From: Methanotrichaceae archaeon
GTDB lineage: Archaea; Halobacteriota; Methanosarcinia; Methanotrichales; Methanotrichaceae
DNA length: 26,816 bases
Assembly: GCA_963754945.1 (NCBI GenBank)
Contig: CAVWIG010000037.1
Coordinates: forward strand, 1 to 26,816
Direction: 5' to 3'
Positions within the stretch are counted from its first letter, which is position 1; each line of letters starts with the position of its first letter. A model generated the notes under the pieces. That model saw nothing but the letters and a program-made list of their open reading frames with translations. It was not told the origin of the DNA and made no database searches. Positions 17,139 through 25,453 of this stretch are shown piece by piece. The position numbers were made by a program, and so were the translations under genes.

Positions 17139-18038
17139 TCACAACTCTTGTGACAGGTTCCACCTATACTCGTCGCTCAGCTCTCCTTGGTAGACTGTCA
17201 CTGCGGGTCCTTCTAGAAATGCTCTGTTGCCTTCAAAGGACACTATCAGAGGACCGCCTTTCGTTTCCACCAGCACCTCGTCTTCTACGAGGTCCAGCTT
17301 TCTGGCTACCGCCACGCTCGCCACCGCACCAGTACCGCACGAGAAGGTCTCCGCCTCAACGCCGCGCTCGAAGGTCCTGATCTCGAATGGATCTCCGGCC
17401 TTTACGAAGTTCACGTTGGTTCCCTCTGGAAAAATCGAACTGTATCTTATCTGCACGGCAACCTCCTCAATGGGCAAGTCGAGGTCCTCGACGAAGATGA
17501 CCGAGTGGGGAACACCAGTGTTGACGGCTGAGACATCTAAGCCTTCCAGGGGCTCCATAAGGAACTCACCTTGCCCTATGGCCGGAATGCACGGCCGCTC
17601 GAAGTTGGGAATCCCCATGTCCACTCTGGCCCAGAAGCTATTATCCATTTCTCTGACCTGGATGGGTATTATTCCAGCCAGAGTGTCCACCTCAAAGAAC
17701 TCGCCAACGTATCCCGTCTCCCAAGCGTACTTGGCCAGGCACCTTATGCCGTTGCCGCACATCTCCGCCTCAGATCCGTCGGGCTGAAAGAGCCTCATCC
17801 CCAGATCAGCTCTGCCGCTACTGGACATGAAGAGCACTCCATCTCCACCAATGCCGAAGTTGCGGCTGCAGCAGCGTACAGCGAACCGACCTTTGGCGGC
17901 CTCAGGGACGAATTCCTGGCGCATCTCGTCTATCAGTATGAAGTCATTTCCGTTCCCGTGAAGCTTGGTGAACGCAAACGTGCTCGGCCCGAAGGGCGCG
18001 TCATCAAGCTCTATTTCAGAAATCTCCGCCAGCTTCAT
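17139..18038 (-). CDS. dapF: Diaminopimelate epimerase
   Basis: Motifs FTKLHGNGNDF, GIGGDG, EMCGNGIRC, NTGVPH, NVNF and ERGVEAETFSCGTG. The start is taken at ATG 18038 (18050 is possible). The longer ORF-track extension is antisense to hxlA. Confidence 0.93.
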   Translation of the reverse strand: MKLAEISEIELDDAPFGPSTFAFTKLHGNGNDFILIDEMRQEFVPEAAKGRFAVRCCSRNFGIGGDGVLFMSSSGRADLGMRLFQPDGSEAEMCGNGIRCLAKYAWETGYVGEFFEVDTLAGIIPIQVREMDNSFWARVDMGIPNFERPCIPAIGQGEFLMEPLEGLDVSAVNTGVPHSVIFVEDLDLPIEEVAVQIRYSSIFPEGTNVNFVKAGDPFEIRTFERGVEAETFSCGTGAVASVAVARKLDLVEDEVLVETKGGPLIVSFEGNRAFLEGPAVTVYQGELSDEYRWNLSQEL

Positions 18039-18093
18039 TTTATATACCATGCTCAGTTTACCTAAATCTGTGCTGCTTTGGTGGTGATGAGCT

Positions 18094-19374
18094 ATTAAAC
18101 CCATTCTACAAGTGGCCCTAGATCTTCTAGAGCTGGATAGATCTATACAGATAGCGAGGGAGGCAATAGCCGGAGGCGCAGACTGGATCGAGGCCGGAAC
18201 TCCTCTCATAAAGAGCGAAGGGATGGATGCAGTGCGCGAGATGAAGAAGGCTCTCCCTGGAGTAAAGATAGTCGCAGACATGAAAACGGTGGACACGGGC
18301 GCAATGGAAGTGGAGATGGCGGCAAAGGCTGGAGCCGACGTTGTAGCCTTGCTCGCCGCTTCCGACGACTCCACAGTGGAGGATGCCCTCAGGGCTGCGC
18401 GGAAGTACGGCGTTCAAATAATGATGGATCTTCTCACGGTGCCCGACCCGGTGAAACGGTCGAAGGAGCTGGAGACGTTAGGAGTGGACTATATTTGCGT
18501 TCACGCAGGGATAGACCAGCAGATGACCGGTCGCGATAACATCGATCTTCTGGACCTGATTCTCAAAGAGGTTAATTTGCCCGTAGCCGCTGCTGGGGGG
18601 ATAGATGCTGAATCCGGAGCAGATGCGATCTCTGCCGGAGCTGCCATAGTAATAGTCGGGGGAAATATAGTCAGATCAGCAGACGTGACAGGATCTGCAA
18701 GAAAGATCAGAGAAGCCATTGATCATGCCAGCGCCAGGGCGAGGCCACGTAAGTGCATGGAAGAGGAGTTGATCTCTCTGCTCAAAGAAGTGTCCACTCC
18801 CAACATCTCTGATGCGATGCACAGAAAGGGAGCCATGCGGGACATTCATCCCATAAACACTGGGACTAAGATTGCGGGCACTGCCATCACAGTCCAGACC
18901 TTTGCAGGAGACTGGGCCAAGAGCGTGGAGGCCATAGACCTGGGCGGACCGGGAAAAGTGATAGTGATCTACAACGGAAGCAATTATGTCGCGCCATGGG
19001 GAGGCCTCGCCACCCTTAGCTGCAAGATAAAAGGGATCGAAGGCGTTGTGATAGACGGTGCCGTCAGGGATGTGGACGAGATCAGGGCAATGAACTATCC
19101 AGTTTTTGCCTCGGCTATAGTGCCGAACGCCGGCGATCCAAAGGGCATGGGTGAGATCAATGCCGAAATCACTTGCGGAGGCCAGTTGGTCAAGCCAGGC
19201 GATTACATAGTAGGTGATGACAGCGGCGTGGTTGTCATTCCAAGGGAGCGGGCTTACGAGATAGCCAGACGGGCCAAAGAAGTGGAGAAGAACGAGTCCA
19301 GGATGTATGAGGAGATTAGGCGCGGAAGCACCTTGTCCCAGGTAGCCAAGCTCAAAAAGTGGGAGAAGGTCTAA
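18094..19374 (+). CDS. hxlA: Bifunctional 3-hexulose-6-phosphate synthase / RraA-family protein
   Basis: HPS barrel ([33 protein letters not shown]) fused to an RraA/HMG-aldolase-like domain ([39 protein letters not shown]). The start codon is uncertain (ATT 18094 vs GTG 18112). Confidence 0.9.
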   Translation: MKPILQVALDLLELDRSIQIAREAIAGGADWIEAGTPLIKSEGMDAVREMKKALPGVKIVADMKTVDTGAMEVEMAAKAGADVVALLAASDDSTVEDALRAARKYGVQIMMDLLTVPDPVKRSKELETLGVDYICVHAGIDQQMTGRDNIDLLDLILKEVNLPVAAAGGIDAESGADAISAGAAIVIVGGNIVRSADVTGSARKIREAIDHASARARPRKCMEEELISLLKEVSTPNISDAMHRKGAMRDIHPINTGTKIAGTAITVQTFAGDWAKSVEAIDLGGPGKVIVIYNGSNYVAPWGGLATLSCKIKGIEGVVIDGAVRDVDEIRAMNYPVFASAIVPNAGDPKGMGEINAEITCGGQLVKPGDYIVGDDSGVVVIPRERAYEIARRAKEVEKNESRMYEEIRRGSTLSQVAKLKKWEKV

Positions 19375-19499
19375 AGGCCGAAACGATAGTCGTAAATAGA
19401 TTGAAGTATTCTGAAAAGGCGCGATATGCAATTAAAAAAAATAGTGATTAGGTTGCTAATTCACGGGACAACGACGCGGTGAGTGCGAGGAGACTTAGT

Positions 19500-20399
19500 A
19501 TGGATCTTCAGGACGTAGTTTCAAAGTACCCACCCAGGAAGATATTGATGCTTCCTATAACGATTGCAGTTATAGCATTTATCATCCTGGGGGCAAATTA
19601 TCTCAGCACAGGTTCGCCTATTAATCTAGGCGTTGAGTTTACAGGAGGCGCCGTTGTAACGGTGCCCACGGTTGAGTCACAAGATGCTATAACCAAACAG
19701 CTGGCGGCGTATCCTGTTACAGGTGTCAGTAGAGTTGGTAGTCGCTACATGGTTCAATTCGGGTCCATGAGCGAATCCGATTACACCAATCTCGCCAAGC
19801 TGGTCAACACTCAGTTTAAGGATGCGGATATAAGTTACATGGGGCCAGTATACAGCCAAGGCCTTCTGTCCCAGGCGCTTCGGTACATACCGATATCCTT
19901 CATCCTGATGGCCATAGTGGTCTTCGTCATATTCAGGACGCCTCTGGTATCCGGTATTGTGGTCCTCTGTGCCATCCTTGACATATCGATAGCTGCTGCG
20001 TCTATGAACATAACGGGGGTCAAACTGTCCCTTGGAACAGTGGCAGCTCTTTTGATGCTCATAGGTTATTCCGTGGACACTAACATTTTACTTACCAAGA
20101 CGGCTTTGACGCCGAGACAGACTCTCACGGTAGACGAGACAATAGTCAGCGCCATGACCACTGGACTGATGATGACGGGCACTACTATTGCCGCCGTTTT
20201 CGCCCTGTTCGTTGCATCGAACCTGCTCTATTTTGTGGTCCCGTCTTTCACCAGAATGGACATAATCGCTGATATCTCAACGGTATTGCTCTTCGGATTG
20301 TTCGCTGACATCTTCAACACCTGGATTACCAATGCTCAGGCCATAAGATGGTATATGAGCCGTCCCAAGAAGGCGGTAGTTGGGAGGCGTAAGGAATGA
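19500..20399 (+). CDS. secF: Protein translocase subunit SecF
   Basis: Motifs LGVEFTGG and AALLMLIGYSVDTNILLT, six-TM layout, directly upstream of secD. Confidence 0.93.
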   Translation: MDLQDVVSKYPPRKILMLPITIAVIAFIILGANYLSTGSPINLGVEFTGGAVVTVPTVESQDAITKQLAAYPVTGVSRVGSRYMVQFGSMSESDYTNLAKLVNTQFKDADISYMGPVYSQGLLSQALRYIPISFILMAIVVFVIFRTPLVSGIVVLCAILDISIAAASMNITGVKLSLGTVAALLMLIGYSVDTNILLTKTALTPRQTLTVDETIVSAMTTGLMMTGTTIAAVFALFVASNLLYFVVPSFTRMDIIADISTVLLFGLFADIFNTWITNAQAIRWYMSRPKKAVVGRRKE

Positions 20400-22192
20400 A
20401 GCTCTCCCAGAACCCGAGAATACTCCTGTACTTGGCTGCAATATCGTTGTCGATCATATTCATAGCTGTACACGGCGTGAATTACGGCATTGACATACAG
20501 GGCGGATCATCGCTCCAGCTACAGCTTGAAGGTGCAATAGTCGAGCTGAACGTCGATTCATCGAAGATTCTGGAGCACCAGTTCAATACCAGTTCTGTTC
20601 AAACGCTGAGCGACGGATACGTCGTAACCGTCAACGGCGCTATTTCACCCGATCTGATAAACAAATTGGGTTATTCCGGCTCAAAAGTGACAGCCAGGAA
20701 TAATACTACCAAGATCACTATAACGACCTCTCCTGAGTCGGTTGTCGCGAACTATCTCAAGAACGCCCTTGACGCGGATGTGAAGGTAGTGGGGGTGGCA
20801 CCCGTCCAGTATGAAGTCAGGACGAATGTAACCAGGGAATCGTTGAACGCGATCCTGGCACCCGTCGGAGGGGCTGTGGATACCAGCCCGCAGGCCTTCG
20901 TGGAAGGCTTGACTCCTCAGACCGTGCAGGATACCAAGAGCGTTCTGGACCAGAAACTCAACCGCCTAGGCCTTAAAGACATCAAGGTCAGGGTTGTCGG
21001 CAGCCAATACATCCTGATAGACATGGCTGGACTGAACGTTGCGCAGGCCCAGGAACTGGTAGGAACGCCCGGTAAGTTCGAGATAAGGATCCAGACCCAA
21101 AATAACCAGACTGAGCACGTGCTGTACGGCGATTCGGTCGAATCCGTGGATATTCCCTCGAACAATCAGGGCATGTGGGGAGTGCCCTTCACCCTGTCGG
21201 ACGACGGGGCAAAGATCCTGCAAAAGGCGGCTATAGATTCCGGAGCCACCAAAAACCCCACGGCTCACGAGCTCTCCATGTACCTGGATAAGGACCAGAT
21301 CTTCTCCGCTCCGCTGGCACCCGAGCTGGCTGCAAGCCTGCAGAAGACTCCATCGCGGTCCATGGTGGCCGAGGTTGGGACAGGGGATGCCGGGTCCCAG
21401 AAGGCCAAAGTGCTTTACATCGACCTCAAGGAAGGAGCCCTGCCTGTTAACGTCAGGGTAATTGGATCCGGACAGGTCACTGCCGCTCTCGGGGACCAGT
21501 TTAAGAAGCAGATATTAATTGCAGGACTGCTGGCACTCCTGGCAGTCGGCGGGATGATCTACTGGAGATACAGGGTAAGACGGATAGTCCTGCCTCTAAC
21601 AGCCACTTCCACAAGCGAGGTAATCATGATCCTGGCAGTGCTGTCCGCTTTGGGACAGCAGCTTGACCTGGCGGCCATCGCAGGCCTGATCACCGTGATA
21701 GGCACAGGGGTCGACCAGTTGGTCATAATCACTGACAGGTTGATGCGCGGAGCGACGGCCCTGCCCAGCAAGGTCGAAGGGAAATACGCTGTCAGTGGCG
21801 GTCGTTTGCACGAGAAGAGGATCATGGAGATCCTAGGCATAATCATAGGATCGGCAGCAACGACCGTAGCTGCCATGCTGCCTCTGCCGTTTATGGGCTT
21901 CGGCGCACTGACCGGCTTCGCAGTGACGGTTATAATAGGCGTTATCGTTGGCGTAGGAATAGCCAGGCCGGCGTACGCAAGCATTGCCGACTACATCCTT
22001 GGTGAGGACGAGAAGCCCGAGACAAAAACCATCGGAGAGGATTCCGGCCCCATAACCGTCAGGAAGGTAGCTGCCAAGGAAGGAAATGAAAAGGAGACGG
22101 CCGGGGAAGAGAACAACGGGAGAAAGGCTGCAAAGACCAGAAGGAAGAAGGGCAGCAGGAAAAACGAAGAAGAGAACTCGGAAGAAGAGTAA
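20396..22192 (+). CDS. secD: Protein translocase subunit SecD
   Basis: Motifs YGIDIQGGS, LNRLGLKD, GKFEIRI, LKEGALPV, DLAAIAGLITVIGTGVDQLVIITD and ARPAY. ATGA overlap with secF and a highly charged C-terminal tail. Confidence 0.94.
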   Translation: MKLSQNPRILLYLAAISLSIIFIAVHGVNYGIDIQGGSSLQLQLEGAIVELNVDSSKILEHQFNTSSVQTLSDGYVVTVNGAISPDLINKLGYSGSKVTARNNTTKITITTSPESVVANYLKNALDADVKVVGVAPVQYEVRTNVTRESLNAILAPVGGAVDTSPQAFVEGLTPQTVQDTKSVLDQKLNRLGLKDIKVRVVGSQYILIDMAGLNVAQAQELVGTPGKFEIRIQTQNNQTEHVLYGDSVESVDIPSNNQGMWGVPFTLSDDGAKILQKAAIDSGATKNPTAHELSMYLDKDQIFSAPLAPELAASLQKTPSRSMVAEVGTGDAGSQKAKVLYIDLKEGALPVNVRVIGSGQVTAALGDQFKKQILIAGLLALLAVGGMIYWRYRVRRIVLPLTATSTSEVIMILAVLSALGQQLDLAAIAGLITVIGTGVDQLVIITDRLMRGATALPSKVEGKYAVSGGRLHEKRIMEILGIIIGSAATTVAAMLPLPFMGFGALTGFAVTVIIGVIVGVGIARPAYASIADYILGEDEKPETKTIGEDSGPITVRKVAAKEGNEKETAGEENNGRKAAKTRRKKGSRKNEEENSEEE

Positions 22193-22201
22193 GGCTTGAG
22201 C

Positions 22202-22246
22202 CTCCCGCCAGCTAAGGCGGGAGACCAAACTTTTTACATATTTTTT
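22202..22246 (+). terminator. Hairpin plus T-tracts after secD
   Basis: CTCCCGCC-AGCTAA-GGCGGGAG 8-bp stem followed by T5 and T6 runs. Confidence 0.6.
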
Positions 22247-22414
22247 GGCATATTTAAATGCATCACTTCGTTGGCTGCGGCCCGACCTTTGCCATTCCTG
22301 GGAACATCACACAACGGTGGATTCTGTAAGATTTCCTCAGTCCAGAAGGGGCAAAGGATGGATAAGGCAGATTGCGCATTAGAGTGGTATGGATGATCTC
22401 GGAGAGTCGTTTCA

Positions 22415-22771
22415 ATGGACAGGAAGCTCTGTGAATTAAGCTCTGAGGAGTTGTGCAAGTTGCCCGGAATATCCGATCGCAACTGGATCGGTGAAGAGAA
22501 GATCTACCTTCACCTCCGGAACTCCAAAAAGATGCACTGGTATTTTGCTGAGTACGACCCTGCATGGAGAAAGTTCTTCGGGTTTTCGGATAGTCCTGGT
22601 GAAGGGGTCCAATGGGCGCAGTTCTACATGGACGATCTTCTCAGCTACGGAAAAAAAGGCAGCTCATGGGAGTTGATAGTAGAAAGCTCTTGGAAACCCG
22701 TTTATTCCAAAGAGATCCAGGCCCTTCAGGGTTACATAAGACTCATGCTTTCCATGGCCGATACACTGTAG
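22415..22771 (+). CDS. Hypothetical protein, possibly DUF2958-like
   Basis: 118-aa ORF whose WYFAEYDP..FFGF..G..WAQFYMDDL pattern resembles DUF2958 from recall only. Confidence 0.6.
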   Translation: MDRKLCELSSEELCKLPGISDRNWIGEEKIYLHLRNSKKMHWYFAEYDPAWRKFFGFSDSPGEGVQWAQFYMDDLLSYGKKGSSWELIVESSWKPVYSKEIQALQGYIRLMLSMADTL

Positions 22772-22792
22772 TCAAAGTATAGTCCAGAAGAT

Positions 22793-23719
22793 TCACGACA
22801 GGCTGTTCCCGATCGACTCGTTGCCTTTGAGCGCATTCCTCGTGGATACATTAACCCAGAGGTGGAGGTCCCTATAGGGTGTCGTAAAGTTGTCCTCCTT
22901 ATAAAGTAAAAACTCCAGCTTCTGATTGTCGCCAACACGATGCAATGTATAGTTAACCGGCCTCTCCCAGGTCTGGTTGTCTTCCAGCCGTACGCCACGG
23001 CTCAAGAATGTGGAGTTTTGAATGGCCATCTGCATTGTGTAGTTAACGGTGACGTACTCGTGGTTTACTATCCCTACTATCACAGTGCTGTTCTGGCCAA
23101 GAGCCACCGATGTAGGATAATCGTAAGCTTTCCCCTTTGGGCCTAGGATGTAGAACTCTGTGAACTTCTCGCCTTGCTTTGGGGTTACCACTACGTACAC
23201 CAGGGCCGAAACGGACAGGATTATGGTTACAACCAGAATTACGGTCAGTGCCTTGTCTATCCTGCTGGCCCGGTCGTTTACTAGCTCACTACGGACTGCT
23301 CTGAAACCCTGCCTGAACTCTACCGAGAACCTGTCCTCCTGGTCAATCGCAGAACGGCGGAGATGAGCTGCGATGGACATCATTACAGTGAACAGGCATA
23401 GGGATATGACCACAGGCACAAGCCTGATGCCCCAGGGAGTGTAGTTCAGCCCAAGACCTATCAGAGGCACCACAGCAATGGAAAGGCCGAAGCTCAGGGC
23501 CACTTGCTCTATGCCGTCAAGGTCATCCTTTCTCGGGAAGAGTGCAGCTATCAGTGTGTATCCGGGCAGGAAGAGGACCATTGCCAGGCCAAGAGGTATC
23601 CTGACCGGCAGAGAAGCAAACGGCGGCACCAGGGTGAAGATCAGGGTTAGAACGGACAGCGTTGCTGCCGCCAGAAGATCTCCTGGAGGTTTACCAAACC
23701 GGTCAAATCTCTCCTTCAT
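22793..23719 (-). CDS. DUF1616 family archaeal membrane protein
   Basis: Motifs LFLPGYTLIAALFP, ALSFGLSIAVVPLIGLGLNYTPWGI, EKFTEFYILG..AYDYP and YRDLHLWVNV. Confidence 0.88.
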   Translation of the reverse strand: MKERFDRFGKPPGDLLAAATLSVLTLIFTLVPPFASLPVRIPLGLAMVLFLPGYTLIAALFPRKDDLDGIEQVALSFGLSIAVVPLIGLGLNYTPWGIRLVPVVISLCLFTVMMSIAAHLRRSAIDQEDRFSVEFRQGFRAVRSELVNDRASRIDKALTVILVVTIILSVSALVYVVVTPKQGEKFTEFYILGPKGKAYDYPTSVALGQNSTVIVGIVNHEYVTVNYTMQMAIQNSTFLSRGVRLEDNQTWERPVNYTLHRVGDNQKLEFLLYKEDNFTTPYRDLHLWVNVSTRNALKGNESIGNSLS

Positions 23720-23720
23720 T

Positions 23721-24506
23721 TTAACCGAAGATTCCCTTCAAAGAATCCTCCAGCCAGTTCACAAATCCTTCATCCTTCTTGACAGGCTGTTGGGAACCGC
23801 TCATGTTCTGTCCTACCGATGCGTTCTCGGTCGGTTTTTGCGGAACGGAATTTGCAGCGGTCTGTTTGCTGGAAGGAGAGACTTTGGCGGTTGATCCAGC
23901 CTCTGCGCTTGCGATTGGCATAGATGGCGATGCAGAAACAGCCTTTACCGTTTCCTGAACTCCACCTACCTGGATTGTTCTGGTCTCTCCAGCCCCTTGG
24001 ATCTTATAGGCGCCAGAAGGTATTCCCGAGGTGTCGATGTCGAGGCTGTACTTCCCTGCTGAATCAGCATTAACAGCCGTCCCGGCAACTACCTTCAGGT
24101 TAACGCTGTTTGCTCCGCTCAAGGCTTCGCCGAACACTTTGAGGTCATACCTTCCAGGAGGAATGTCCGAATGTGATATAGATGCCTTTCCGTTTGTCGC
24201 GGTGAATCCCTTTGATATCCAGATTCCTATCTTGATTCCCAAGTTGAGGTCCTTAACACCAGTGGCATCCACTTCAAACCTATTGGGCTTCTGGGGGATA
24301 TCAACGCCGTTTGCTACGTATTCGTAATTCCCCGAATTCACCGGCAAATCCATCTGGAAGCTTGTTTGAAAATCGACCTTCTGGCCGGGATTCGCCGTGC
24401 CCGTCAGGGTTACCTTCTCCCCAGGGCTTGGATTGGATGACGATACATCAAAAGCGCAGGCAGTCGATGTCAGGGCCATGATAACTATAAAAGCTATTAG
24501 CTTCAA
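23721..24506 (-). CDS. Secreted / cell-surface protein with Ig-like beta-rich domains
   Basis: TTG start abutting the upstream stop, signal peptide (..STACA), beta-rich body, Ser/Ala/Pro linker and amphipathic C-terminal tail. Confidence 0.8.
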   Translation of the reverse strand: MKLIAFIVIMALTSTACAFDVSSSNPSPGEKVTLTGTANPGQKVDFQTSFQMDLPVNSGNYEYVANGVDIPQKPNRFEVDATGVKDLNLGIKIGIWISKGFTATNGKASISHSDIPPGRYDLKVFGEALSGANSVNLKVVAGTAVNADSAGKYSLDIDTSGIPSGAYKIQGAGETRTIQVGGVQETVKAVSASPSMPIASAEAGSTAKVSPSSKQTAANSVPQKPTENASVGQNMSGSQQPVKKDEGFVNWLEDSLKGIFG

Positions 24507-25439
24507 TCACACCATCTCGATTATCTTCTGTCTTATTCCGCCCAGGCCGTTGTTTGAGTAAACGCCGCAGGTCAAAACGTATCGTCCAGGTTTCCAGTCT
24601 CCTTCGTGCATGAGGTACATCTCTGCCTTGGTCCCATTGGATTCGGCCAGGGCTAGAGCGCTATCCTGGGGAAGGATGGGCAAGATTTGATCCACCATCC
24701 CTTGAGATATCCTGGGCTCTCCAACGATCTTCAGAGACTCGTTTCCTATGCTTACCGTGGAGGTCATTCCCTCCTTCGACCCGTTGCTGCCGGTATTTAT
24801 GCGGGCTGCTCTGTAAGTCTCCAACGATACGATAGCAGCTCCGAACTTTTTGGAGATGTTCCTTTGATCATGAAGGACGTTGATCTTCACCTTCAGCATT
24901 TCGTTAGTCGAGGCCTTATCGGATGATTCGATGGATATCTCGTCATCTGTTATGAGCATAGGAAGTGCGGACAGGACTGACGGCTTTTTTGGGTCCACGA
25001 CGAGCAAGGCGTACAATCCTGATGCCATGCCGGGGATTCTAAAGTGCCCAGTTCCGGTGCTATTGAGGGATATGGGTGTGACTCCTGTAGGTTCAACCTT
25101 ATCCTGGGCCTCAAGTTTATATAGCTCCCTCAAAGCCTCCTGAAAGCTGGAGGTGTTCAACCTCCGGACAGAGACGACAACGGTTGAGCCGGCCATATGA
25201 CTTGTTCCAAAGAAGGTTCCAGATATGTTCTGATTCCTTGCATAAACAGGGTAGTAATCGTAAGGATAGGTCCAGTTCCCCTCAGGCAAGATCAGGTTGA
25301 TTTGGGGCATCAATACGTCGTAAGCCCCTTCAAGCTTTAACCAGCCTCCGATATTGTTTGGGTAGGTGTAATTGTCGAGGTCGTGGGCCAAGGCTCCAGA
25401 TATACATAAGATGATAAACATCAGGACAGCCGGTCTCAT
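24507..25439 (-). CDS. Methanogen extracellular protein (TIGR04279-like)
   Basis: Signal peptide MRPAVLMFIILCISGALA starts at ATG 25439, followed by a ~290-aa Tyr-rich domain (GGWLKLEG..YPVY..ISGTFFG..G.YAL..PGRYVL). The family assignment is from recall. Confidence 0.7.
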   Translation of the reverse strand: MRPAVLMFIILCISGALAHDLDNYTYPNNIGGWLKLEGAYDVLMPQINLILPEGNWTYPYDYYPVYARNQNISGTFFGTSHMAGSTVVVSVRRLNTSSFQEALRELYKLEAQDKVEPTGVTPISLNSTGTGHFRIPGMASGLYALLVVDPKKPSVLSALPMLITDDEISIESSDKASTNEMLKVKINVLHDQRNISKKFGAAIVSLETYRAARINTGSNGSKEGMTSTVSIGNESLKIVGEPRISQGMVDQILPILPQDSALALAESNGTKAEMYLMHEGDWKPGRYVLTCGVYSNNGLGGIRQKIIEMV

Positions 25440-25453
25440 CGGGCCAAGAGACC

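Noticed and set aside
18039-18374. 112-aa N-terminal extension of DapF in the ORF track
   Set aside because: It is the antisense shadow of hxlA. DapF homology begins only near FTKLHG.
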